A DNA stretch of 64,000 bases from the human T2T-CHM13v2.0 reference genome, Homo sapiens. This document shows positions 1 through 16,525 of this stretch, one piece after another. The stretch lies in NCBI RefSeq assembly GCF_009914755.1, contig NC_060926.1; one strand, 5' to 3'. The position numbers were made by a program, and so were the translations under genes. A model generated the notes under the pieces. It saw only the letters and a program-made list of their open reading frames with translations. It ran no database searches and was not told the DNA's origin. How positions within the stretch are numbered: the first letter of the stretch is position 1; each line of letters starts with the position of its first letter.

Positions 1-1223
1 AGAAGGTGATGCTAGGACTTTGCACCAGGTACTAATGTGGGAAGTCCACAGAGGCTGCCTGCTCAGTGCTTTCATGTATCTCGTCTTTGGTAGTAATGTA
101 AGGCGCACACCATTTTGTCCAATTTACTGCTATTTGGCATGTTTATCTTTGGTCACAAGAAAAGCATTGGTGAGGGGTTTTATGAGCACATATCATGACC
201 CTCCATATAGGGTAATCCAATTGTGCATAGTTAGAACTCTAAATTTTCAGACAATGTAAGTAGTCTTCAAAACAATATAAAGTTCATTAACTCAATCCAT
301 GCTGGAAATGGATTAATTTCCGTATTCTAATTCCATCTATTCAAGAGACACATCCTGGAGGGTCATACATTATTGGCTTAATTATTTCACTTCACCTGAG
401 CTACATCTTGGCCACATCTCTAATGTGTGCAGAGTAGCAATTCTACCCTGAGCTGCATGATAATGCAGCGAGTTCAGGATGATACCAAATTAAATTCTCC
501 CAGGTTGTCTCTGTTGGAAGAGTCAGTCATCATCTTTGTTTTAAAGTCCACAAATTATTGTTTAAAAGGTATTGCCAGTTAAAAAACAAGCTATTTAAAT
601 ATTTGAGGTGAAACTTTGCCACTAGACTCTGATTCTAAGTAATTAAATTTAAAATGACAGATGAAAGCAAGAGAAGTTTGCTTAGCCGTTAAAGAGAATA
701 GGTCTTTCTTGTATTTTGGGGGTGAGGCAACAGGGAATTGAGGATGGTCATTGTAATGCCCATGTTTGGAAGGTTGGGAATAAAAGTATATGGAGGAGAG
801 GAAAAATGGCCACTAACCAGAAACCACCCAGTATCTTGGAGCCACCATCTGGAACACTGTTTTACAGTTGGCTTTATCTTATCTTGAAATAAAGCAATTG
901 GATGATAAAGGGTGAATTCAGGTTTGGGGGTTAACATTTAGCCATTTCTTCAATTTTTCTCCATTTCTAGTTTGAAAAATATAGCATTCTGGAATTCTCT
1001 ACAGTTGAATTTGTTAAGCAGAGGTGAACTTGGCAACAGAGCTGAAGTCAAATAGAATAGCTATGACTTTGAAATGCTAGTGTCCTGAGACATCAAGTTT
1101 CTAGTCTTATAGGATGCATTTACTCTTAAAAAATGAATGTGAGTGAGCTAATGCCCTGGTACAAATAAGGTCAAGCTACTAAATAGCCCTCGATTCACAG
1201 AGGGTCAAGAACTACGCCTCTCA

Positions 1224-1394
<171 letters not shown>

Positions 1395-3861
1395 TCATGC
1401 TGGTGGAAAATAGATTTGCAGCTTGAATATTGCTTTACTGCTGTTGTTGCAATTTGTGCTATAGGAGTATGTCATAGATGTCATTATCTTTTGTTACTTT
1501 CAAAAGGATAGTAGGGTAATGTCCAAGTGAACACTGAATTATTCTGAGTTCCACTCAGTAATCAATGTTCCCTGGGCCAGTCTTGATAATAGCTACTATT
1601 TTCATTTACCTGTAATGATTGCTCCTGATTGGTTAAGTAAACAAACAAATAATCAAAGAAAATAAATTGATTTAGCTGTTTTCATTTACTTTTTCCTACA
1701 GAGAGCGTATGTTCCTAAAATATGATTAGAGACTGGGAGAAGTTTTGAATTTCTTGACAGAAATGGTCTATACCTTAACCAGAATTCCAAGAATGATTAG
1801 TGGACTTTGTATATGTCTTATATGATTATTTTCACAATTCACTTTTCTGTAACTCTTTTGAATAAGTCTAAGTCTTAATGAAGGTGTGGATTAGAGCCTG
1901 GATCTCAAAAGCTGTGGATTAGAGCATGGATCCTCATTAATACAGGCTTTTAAATAAAAGATCACTATTTATAGAAAAGTACATTTCCAAGAACATCGTC
2001 CAAGAATTAAGGTACTCTAAAGACATCTATAGAGCAAAGTAAAATTTAGACCCTGAATTAATCTTGTGCTGAAAATCACTTTACAAATAGATTGTGCTTG
2101 TTGTAATTCAAAAACTGCAAAAGTTTTCTTACTGTGGACACACATGCTGTCTCTGTCTCCTCTGGCCATGGAAATGTATGCTCTGCTAAGTGCTTGAAAC
2201 ACCCCACCCGCACCCATAACTCAGCAAATCTCAGCTGAGACTGCACTTCCTTAGGCAAACCTTCACTAAACCTTAGACCAATCAGTTCCTTTGCAGTGGA
2301 AGCCTCAGGATTTTTCCACAGGAAGGGCAACCTATCAGGCAGTGGGGAAGGTTTTACTGTGAAGTTGCCTTGGCATTGCAAATACATTGCATTTTTCTAG
2401 ATTGTTTATTTATTTGGAGTGGTTTTGAAGGGGTCTGGTGATTGTGGAAGCTCTTAATATCTCTTTGTCTTTGTGCATCTCAATGATGGCTGCCCTAGCT
2501 AGTCTGGTAGCCTTATCCCCTGCTGTAGAGTTCCATAGCACTCTCTATTTCCCCTATTAAAACTGTCAGCCTAGACAGCATTGCAATGACTTTAAAAGAT
2601 GTCTATCTTTCCCACTAGACTCCCAGCACCTGTGAAGGCAGAGGCTGTAGCTGTTTCAGTCATCATTGCTTTGCCCATGGCATAACATGATTCTTGGCAT
2701 ATAGTAGGCACTTAATACCTCATTGATAAATGAATACATGCATGAATAAATGGAAAAATGGACTCATCTCAAAACTAACATAAATCCCAAGGAGGTCACT
2801 ACCTGATTCCCCAAATTCAAATGGCTTTGATTGTTAATTTCCTATCTTGAAATTCAGATTTAAGATTGAATCATATTTATAGAGAAGATAAAACAGAAAA
2901 GTAATAGAAGAAACACCTTGAAGGGACATTTTCCATTAGATCCTATTCAAATCATCCTAATCATGTCCTCATGCTTCTCCTGGCATGCGTCTTGTCTTAG
3001 TTTGCCAGTGACAGTGGCAGAGAAGTTTTGACACCTGAATGGTGAGTAACCACTGAGTGAAAAATTGCTTTTCTCACTCTGTTTATGTCAGAAATGCAAA
3101 TGTCACCATTTTGGGCATCAGAGTTCATGAAAATCTGAAATGCTGAAGCATATTTGCTGCATAATACATTATCCACTGCAATATCATAAGAGCCACTTTG
3201 GAGGCTCGCTTCACTTGACCTACAAATGTGGCCCCAATTTCATTAAGAAATTGTGAGGTTTCATTGTTGTTATTGTGCATATGATATAAAAGAAAACACA
3301 ATACACAATAGCTGTGTATAATGGCAACCAAAGAAAGGCGCCAAAGAGCATGGGTGGTAAAGAAGCAGGAGAGAATTGAAAGCTAAGATCGTCTTTCTGC
3401 CTCTTTGCCTCTGTGAGCCTATAGATAGGAATGAATCAGTAAGGTCAGGCTATAAACTTCTAGATAAGAAAGAAGCTTGTCTGTTTCCCCTGAAAAGCTA
3501 CTGACTGCATGTGGGTGTCATCCGTCTACCTCCAGGGCATTCCTTCTGTGTGGCTGGTATTGTAATGGAGAGGCGATCTGATGTTATCAGTGTGGGACAT
3601 CAGCTCTACTTCCCCACACTAGTCTCTAGCAGAAACGTGACATTGTGATTCTGGATAATCAGGACTGAGAAAGAGGTAAGCGAGAGATTGATGTTCCAGG
3701 CTGAAGATCACAGAGGCCCTGTGGGTTTGTGTGTGTTTTGATGGATGTTTGGAGACCAAACCAGCAAATACAATCTGAGGTCTGAGTTTACAAAATGCCA
3801 CTGTAAGTTTGATCACTATAAACCTATCCACATAAGGAATGGAGAAAAGCAGAGACATTAC

Positions 3862-4084
3862 CGTTTAGAGTTACAGGGGTCACCACAGGTAGGACATCGT
3901 TCACAGGTTGGTCCTGAGGCTCCAGGGTTTGTGCAAACACACTTGCCACAAACACAGTCCCCGCGCCCGCTGCAGAGCACTCCATCTTCAGAGACGCAGG
4001 AGTCCGTGCTGGTGGTGCAGTTGCAGTACTCGCCAGTCCAGCCGCTCCTGCACACACATTCACCACAGTCACAGTCGCCGTTAC
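3862..4084 (-). CDS. ITGB6: Integrin beta-6 coding exon 11 (223 nt; I-EGF3/4)
   Basis: ttacag|GT AAC GGC...TCT AAA CG|gtaatg; encodes [23 protein letters not shown]...CGDPCNSKR (ORF track 3858..4154), Cys-rich integrin EGF repeats. Confidence 0.97.
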
Positions 4085-4328
4085 CTGTAACACAAAATGC
4101 TCTATGCTTCTCACAGCCCCAAAACACTTGCAGATTTGAGGGGGTGAGGGGCATCTTTTCTCTTTGTCTTTAAGCACCGTCATCAAAAGACAAGAAAAAA
4201 ATGAGAAAAAAAGTATGTGTGTGAGGGGTGCAGTATGAGTGTAGATATATTGTATCAAATGTGTCTTGCTAATTGTGCATACTTAGATCTGGTCTCCTAA
4301 CTGAAGATCCACTTGCGTACTTTATGTT

Positions 4329-5174
4329 TGTAAACCATAAATAAAAATATAAGCCTCTCAGCCAACTGAATGGACCCCTCCTCTCAGCCAAGGGCATTCT
4401 AAACTAAACCTGAAACACTAGTCCAGGCCGTGATGAGAGTGGGTGGTCCGACATGCCTTATTATATACCCTTCTCCCTTTGGAATTCAGGCACAGCTGAC
4501 CAACATTAACAAGAAGACAGAAACCTTAAGACTGACAAAGCAGACTCTTTGTAGCAATAAGATACCAACATGATAGATAGCAGGTCCTGAAAGTAAAGTA
4601 TTTTACCCCAAAATATATTTCTTTGATATATTTTGAAATGGCTTGACCAAGCTGTCTCTTGTGGGGAATATCTACATTCTGCAGAGAATCCCCTTTTCTT
4701 TCCAGATCTTCTTCCTGATCCAAGAGAGCATTAACTAAGAATCTGGAACCTTTTTTAAGTCTTCTAGGAAACACTTGCAATCTGTTCTCTCTGAAGCCTG
4801 CTACCTGGACGCTTCATCTGCGTAATAAGAACCCTGTTCTCCACAACCCCTTATCTTAACGCAGGTACTCCCTTCTATTGATTCCAGGTCTTTAGATAGA
4901 CTCTTTCAACCAATCACCAACCACTATGACCTGAAAGTCCTGCCCATCCCCTTTGAGTTGTCACACCTTTCTGAACAGAACCAATGTGCATCTTACATGT
5001 ATTGATTGATGTCTTATGTCTCCCTAAAATGCATAAAACCAAGCTGTGGCCTGACTGCCTCAGGCACAGGTTCTCAGGATCTCCTGGGGCTGTGTCACGG
5101 GCCATGGTCACTCATATTTGGCTCAGAATAAATCTCTTCGAATATTTTACAGAGTTTGGCTCTTTTCATCCACA
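4329..5174 (+). mobile_element. Solo ERV1 LTR, MER4 family (MER4D/E-like)
   Basis: TG...CA termini (tgtaaacc...ttttcatccaca), MER4-type 3' end 'catatttggctcagaataaatctcttc', near-TSD tgtt/tatt. Subfamily from recalled consensus. Confidence 0.8.
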
Positions 5175-5329
5175 TATTATATGAAATAGAATTTGTAATC
5201 AGACCAAATGAGATAATCCAGAAAGCACGTAAAAGATATTTGATGTGAATGTGTGTCTCTGTGCATATTTATTTAGTTATTTTTATATTTTGCTTTTAGT
5301 TAAGATGCCATATGATAATGATGCAAGAC

Positions 5330-6650
5330 AGACCTGGATTAAAGCCCACCCCTCTATATCACTCAAGCTGTGTGATCATGAGAGCCTCATCTATAAAACA
5401 GAGGGAATAAAGTCTACTTCCAATGCTTGTGACTGGATGACATAATGTATATATCTCCTAATTTTACATTCACCAGTTAGATGTCCCATAAGCATACACT
5501 GAGTGCTCAAAAAATTCACTGCTTAACACACTTTAATTGAGCATATACTATGTGCCAAAGATTGTATTAGGTATGAGGATATAAAATTAAATAAGACAAG
5601 GTCATTGAACTTATAATTTAGTATAGGAGGCAGGCTAATGAATACTACTACTAATAAATATACATAGGGGAATAGTTTCCAAATTAAACTGGAGATTTGA
5701 GGGTTTCCAAAGGAAGTAATGCTTGAGCTAAATTTGAAAGATACGGGTAGACAATACAAAAAAAAAAAAAAGGTTCTATGCATTTCAGGAATACATGTGG
5801 AATCATGTGACCTGCTTAATACCCATAGAACTTTCCTATGGATACAGCCAAAGTTGCATATGGAGTGTGGCAGGTGGGGAAATGGAAAGGATAACAAAAA
5901 GTCAGAAATCAGACCATGAAAAGCCTTATTGGCTGAAGGAAGAGCTTCTATCCTGAAAGTTTTGTCTAGACATTTTTTAGCATCAGTAGACAGGGTCAAG
6001 CTACAGACAGAAAAATCAGGAGTAGAGGCAAGAAGATATGAGACCATGAACCAAGGCGGTGCCCATGGGAGCAGCAAGGAAAGAATATATATTCGGGCAT
6101 GGAATGCTCAGGGTGTGGGTGCGATTGGTGCCAGGCGGAGGGTTGAGGGAAGAGACAGAGGGATGGAATTCTCCCCCAGGTGACTAGACTGAGCAGCCAG
6201 ATGGATGATGTGGCTTTTCACTGAACTGGAATGGAAGCTAGCTCATGGTCACTGCCGTGTCACCAATGCCTGGCACAGAGTAGGACCTGATTATTGAAAC
6301 AGAGGAGGAGAAGCAGCTTTGGGTGGGGAAGATGATGAGTTCACTTTTGGCCCTGAGGAGCTCAAGGGGCCTGTGGGACATCCTAGTAGGAGGCTGAATA
6401 TATATATGGGCCTGAAGTTTGGGGTTTGGGATCCGTTAGGGAAAGGTGGTACTTGAAGCTGTCATGGATCAGGTCATCTAGGGCAAGCAGGTAGAGTGAG
6501 AAAAACTCTGGAGAGCTTCAGAACTTAAAATGTGATCAGAAAAAAGGATCCTTATAGACGAGACTGAGAGGTAGGAAGGGAACAGAAGTGATATTGCAGA
6601 GGCCTGAGGCAGACACTGTTAAAGAGGGAGGCACCTGGACACTTTTGCTG
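5330..6650. mobile_element. Degenerate MIR and L2 fragments
   Basis: Diverged motifs such as 'cctcatctataaaacagaggga', 'ttgagcatatactatgtgcca' and 'gatgatgagttcacttttgg'. Boundaries approximate. Confidence 0.55.
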
Positions 6651-7372
6651 TAGACAAGTAGCCCATCTAATCCTAAAGAGCCCCTTTGATATGGCCACTT
6701 AATGACGTATGAAATACTTCAAAAATGATTTTAAAAGTGTTTAAAATAATGGGCTTCTGTGTCATTTCCATAATATTATTCTGGGTGCCTGCCATGCGCA
6801 AGACACTAACATAGGTGTTGGATGTTTCAAACAAATAACATTTATTTGCAAACTCTCGTAACTGATACTTTTCTTCAAAAAAAAAAAAAAAAAAGAAATG
6901 TGCATTAGGCATTTTGCCTCCCAAGTTTTGCTCTTCCAGCAAAATTTAGGATTACCTAAGACAGTATATAACAGTGTTTAGAACGGTACCTGGCCCATAA
7001 ATAAGCACTATACAAGTGTTAGTTACTGCCATTATTTCTGAAAACTATCCAGTAGGAAGAATTTGTAAACAAAATTATCTATCAATATTAAAATTCCTAT
7101 ACTTTTACTGAAAACAAAGTAGATGTAGAAAAAAATCACAAGTGAAACAGGATTCTACTTGCAGGAGACACTGCCAAGTTCACTGTAGAAGGAAGAATTC
7201 TGGACTTTCTCTTGTAAACTTTGGTCTAGTAAGTGGCTTACTTTTCTATCTTGATGACTGGGCTCTAAGGAAATTGGAGTAGGAGAGTCCTGGGCTTAAT
7301 TCTTTGGTCAAAAATCACCAAACAAAGATGATAGACACAAAGATTTTGAAATTGGATTCTGATTTCTGCAGG

Positions 7373-7446
7373 TATGTGTGTGCATATATGTATATATATA
7401 TGTGTGTGTGTATATATATATGTATATGTGTGTATACACACACACA
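7373..7446. repeat. Compound (TA/TG/CA)n microsatellite
   Basis: tatgtgtgtgcatatatgtatatatatatgtgtgtgtg...cacacacaca seen directly; a similar TA/TC-rich tract lies at 7784-7860. Confidence 0.9.
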
Positions 7447-7783
7447 CAGTCATGTGTCTTTTAACAATGGGAATATGTACCGAGAAATGCATCATTAGGT
7501 GATTTCATCATTGTATAAACACCATAGAGTATACGTACACAAACTTAGATGGTAAACCTGCTGCACACCTAGGTTATATGGTATAGCCTATTGCTCCTAG
7601 GCTACAAACCTATACAATATGTTACTGTGCTGGGTACTGGAGGCAATTGTAACACCACGGTGAGCATTTGTGTATCTAGACATAGAAAAGGTACAGTAAA
7701 AATACAGTATTATAAAATTATGGGACAACTGTTGTATATGTACTGTGTTGTTGACAAAATCGTCATTATGTGGTGGATGATTA
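7447..7783 (+). mobile_element. Tigger3a/MER7-like TcMar MITE
   Basis: Begins cagtcatg; carries 'cacacctaggttatatggtatagcctattgctcctaggctacaaacct' and 'catagaaaaggtacagtaaaaatac', typical of Tigger3. Confidence 0.8.
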
Positions 7784-7860
7784 TATGTATATACATATAT
7801 ATTCTCTCTATATATATATTCTCTATATACTCTATATATACACATACACACACGTATGTA

Positions 7861-8000
7861 TAGATGCTTCTGGACTTATGATAGGATTATGTCTGGATAA
7901 ACTCATTGTAAAATGTAAAATAATGGATTTATCCAGACATAACATTACTGTAAGTCGAGCAACACACTAAATTTATATGAGTTTCACACCATCTTAAAGT
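7861..8000 (+). mobile_element. MER47/Tigger5-like fragment with internal inverted repeat
   Basis: 'agatgcttctggacttatgataggattatgtctggataaactcattgtaa' resembles the recalled MER47 terminus; perfect 15-bp inverted arms at 7887-7901 and 7928-7942. Confidence 0.6.
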
Positions 8001-10597
8001 GTGTGTTTGTGTGCATTATTTGTCTAATGAAAGATGAGTTGAAATTTACCTGGATTCATGATATTAAGATATATTTCAACTGTGTTTCATAACCTATACA
8101 ATTTATAATTGACATAATTAATTCAAAGAAAAGAATAATTAAATGATTTGGGCCAAAGCCATTAATTTCATTTTTACATGTAAATGATCTTCTAAACTAC
8201 AATATCTTTTTGTTTCTTCCTCAACAAAAGGGGAAACTTATGATAGAAAGAAATTCCATATTACAGTTGATTCTGGAAAATTAATATGATTTACAAATAT
8301 TATTAAATGAAAGATGCATTTCCAAATGCTTTGAGAATGCTCAAGTATATTATTGCATGTAGGAAGTACTTGGCAGAAATTTAGAAAATCCTTCCTGGAG
8401 CAGTAGAAAAGGACCATCATGGCAAAAACACGGAGCTCCTCTCAGAATTTAGAAGCCCTCCTCTCTCCTGGCCTTCCAGAGCCACTGACCTGGTTTCCAA
8501 AGTTGCTAATTGATATCCTCAAACAACCAGTTATCTAGAGTACTGGTTCATACAATAACAACAACAACAACAACAAAACTTTCATATTGGTTTCATGGAG
8601 GGACAAGATGATAACCAAAGATCAAGAAAAAATTACCATGCTATTTCAGAGGGATAGATCTTTCTGGAATGCCATTGACAATAACTGTAAGTGCATAATG
8701 GCAGGAAGTGTTTCTCTAATATCATTTGCCTGATAGTTTCCATCTCTTAGAATCAAAATACAGGAGACTAATGGAATTTGGGCAAGGAAAAAATCAATGG
8801 AGCTCTGTATCTTTGAGTGCTTACAGATGGATGAAAGAAGCTGTATGAAAAAGAACATTGCGATAATAGCTCTTCAGAAAAGTGGCACATTGCTTAGTAT
8901 ATTAGTTACAAACTGGAGATCCACACAAGTTGTGAGCTGTAGCATGTTTGATCCTCTGTTGCAAATAAAACAACAGCAGCAGCAGAGTGTCTATTCCAAT
9001 GCCAGGCACAATTTTTGTCCCTGCACTAAGCACAATGCCAGGCACATAGTAGGTACTCCATGACCATTTGTTAACCATTTGTTATAAATGCATTTACTTT
9101 CATTATACCATTTGAAAGAAAAGTTACTAATTATAGAGCAACATCCTTTGTGATGTTACTAAAAACCAAAATAGCTTTTGAGAAACAGTAATGGTTGAAG
9201 GAAATCGGCATTGGTGAAGTTTTCTGAGTCTAGCTAAATAAATCGTATTTTCTAAATAGAATTTCTGTAGCAATCACTGTACCTGATTCAAAAGAGACGC
9301 ACTGTTGTCAGAACTTCCTAGCTACAATCCACAGATCAAGTCTTTTTTAGTTTATTTCTGTTCCTCATGCATGGTAAAAAATAAAGCGAAAGACCATCAA
9401 GCAAAGCTCTGTTGCTAAACAGAGTTCAGCATTTTATACTGCCTTAGATCTCTTTGATCCAAGATTTAAAGGGTGAAATATAGGTCGTGTTAGTATCTCT
9501 ATTATATTTTGTTAGATTACACTTAGGGCTTTTTGAAAGGTAATTTCAAGTGTTTTGAACATGTATTTTATTACAAGATTCCTATTAGACATGCAATATG
9601 GGATTCTGCCCAATATATCCTCTCTGTGATGTGGTGACGGCCTTTGGCTGGCTTCTTGTCACCTTCAGATTGTGCCCCATCTGCATCATGTGAAAAGAGG
9701 ACTGATGTGGGTTTGGAAACACACCTATTAAACCAGGAAATAAACCTTTAAATGAAAAGGGAGAGAAATGTGTCTCGATCAGAACAGACCATAAATTTTT
9801 CACTCTCTGGAGGGAAAAAAGGCATATATTCTCAGAAGAACTTATTGGCTGCAACAGCAGCAGCAAAGAAATGAAAGGTAGGTACACTTCTAAGGGTATC
9901 AAATGGTTTTCAGAAAGCTTGGATTTCTTTGATGCTTCTTTCTTTCAGGTCTTTTATTTCCCCCAAAATTAGTCTTTTTTATATGTTCCTAACACTGTCT
10001 TTTAAAAACATAACTTGCTTAGTTTTCTATAAAGATAATGGCTTTCTGATTTGAATAGCTGTCTGCTTACATAGTGTGAAGAACAGAGATATTGAAGCTT
10101 AAATTCAGCATTCAGTTAATATTTCAATCTATAAGACAAATTTATACTGTTTAAGAGTATATGAACATATTTATAATTCTTTTCTGAATAGATTACACTT
10201 ATATATGTGTGCATATATATATAAAAGAATGATTTTACAATAGTCATATACAATATATCGTTAAACTGTAGCGATTTTACATCTATGTAGGATATTAAAA
10301 CATACATATTTCTACTTTAAATTTTTCTCAAATTTCTCAAGATATTCCGAGTAATTTTCCATCTTTGTCTTTCCTGTAGGCTTTTTCACACATGCAGTTA
10401 CTCATCTTTCTTATGCTCAGTGCCTAACCTAGTATGTGTCATATAGTAGGTGTTTAACAAATATTTGTGGAATGAGTGAAGGCCCTGAAAGCCCATTTAA
10501 TATATTTTTGTGCTCCTTATCCTTGGTAGCATGCTTATTTAGCAGTCTACCTAGTTTTTACTTTTCCAAAGTCATATACATTTAAAAGGTCAGTCAG

Positions 10598-14557
<3,960 letters not shown>

Positions 14558-14903
14558 AAAAGGTCAGTCAGACACAGCTGCTTGGTCCAGAAAAACCTGG
14601 AAGGTAATGGAGTTCATATAACAGGCACTTTTGTAGAGTCTGGGTGTCAACCAGAGAGAAGGCACTTGTATCTTTCATCTACGCTTAGGGAAACAATAAT
14701 AGACATAAGTTCAGTTGGCAGAAATCTCACCCCAAGTGAATGTTAGAGCCAGAAAACCTACAAGAGAAGTTTCAGTTACCCTAGGTCTAAGGCTGATCAG
14801 CAAATATTTATTGAGCACCTACTGTGCCCAGGAAACTGGAAGGTGCAGAGGATGCCAAGCCCCTTGCTGATACTTGAGCAGCCACAGGGTAAGATGGATT
14901 TCA

Positions 14904-15347
<444 letters not shown>

Positions 15348-15488
15348 CTAATTATCTCCCTCCATCCACCAAAATGCACGAGGTGAAACAAGGCTTCACG
15401 GAAATCAGCTTTGCCAAAAGCATTTACTAGAAAATCTTTGAAAATTGCTTTTAAAATTCTTGAAAGAAATCCAGCTTCAGTGAGCTCA

Positions 15489-15686
<198 letters not shown>

Positions 15687-15864
15687 TTACAACATAAAGA
15701 GTTCAGTGAAGTCACAACCCCAAAAATATAGCCAGAAGAAGAAACCGTGAATCATGTTCATTGAACTACAAATAAATAAAACTAAATTGGGTGTCTAAAG
15801 AAATTCAGTATATCATCAATCAAAAGCAAGAAAGTGAGCAATCATATATACATTTTATATATTA

Positions 15865-16525
15865 TCAAATCTAAGGTGCCAACATTATAAGATACACCAT
15901 TATCTTACGACAATTAAACTATGACAAAATACCTCAAGATGGTTCTGCACACCATATGAATCAGTCCTATCCATCTATCATTGCTTTGAAAATCATTTTA
16001 TCCATTCTGAAGGATTTGGCAAATTCTCCTGCCCTGAGTTGCATAGATTGGCATATAAAAGGCAATTCTTTTGCTTATATCTCAGTAACAAAATTAAACA
16101 ACAGCTTCCTTTATGTGTATCATGATTTCTTAGCTCCCATAAATCAGCTGTTTGTTGCTTTGCAAAGAATCCACAATTGAAGTCATTCCTCCACCAATGA
16201 ATATTTGCTTCATTGATAACAAATTTACACCCTGCTGCTCTGTTTTGGTACATTTCTGCATACATAATAAACTTTTCATCTCAATATCAAATCACAGTAC
16301 ACATTTTAAAATATATTTTAAAACAGCAATTAAACTTAATATTTATGTAGCAACAATGCCTCTAATGAATTGAAGTGAGTACAATCACAATAGTCCATGA
16401 AAACTACATCATGACTGCTGCCTGGCACCACAATGGTGATAGTAACTCACCACCAACAGTAAGATGGAGCTCAATTTTAGAGATGTTAAAATGTAGGGGG
16501 AAAGTGTGCCTTAAAATCAATATTG
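15865..16525. mobile_element. Possible Kanga/MER104-like (Tc2) DNA transposon remnant
   Basis: Ends resemble recalled Tc2 termini ('tctaaggtgcc...taagatacaccattat' and 'ttagagatgttaaaatgt...gtgtgccttaaaatcaat'). Highly diverged. Confidence 0.35.

Noticed and set aside
3745-4173. 142-aa + strand ORF (and + strand ORFs at 14843-15239)
   Set aside because: Antisense shadows of the Cys-rich ITGB6 exons; no independent protein signature or gene structure.
5523-6183. 184-aa hydrophobic minus-strand ORF and overlapping ORFs
   Set aside because: Lies in degenerate L2 sequence and crosses a poly-A run; composition-driven.
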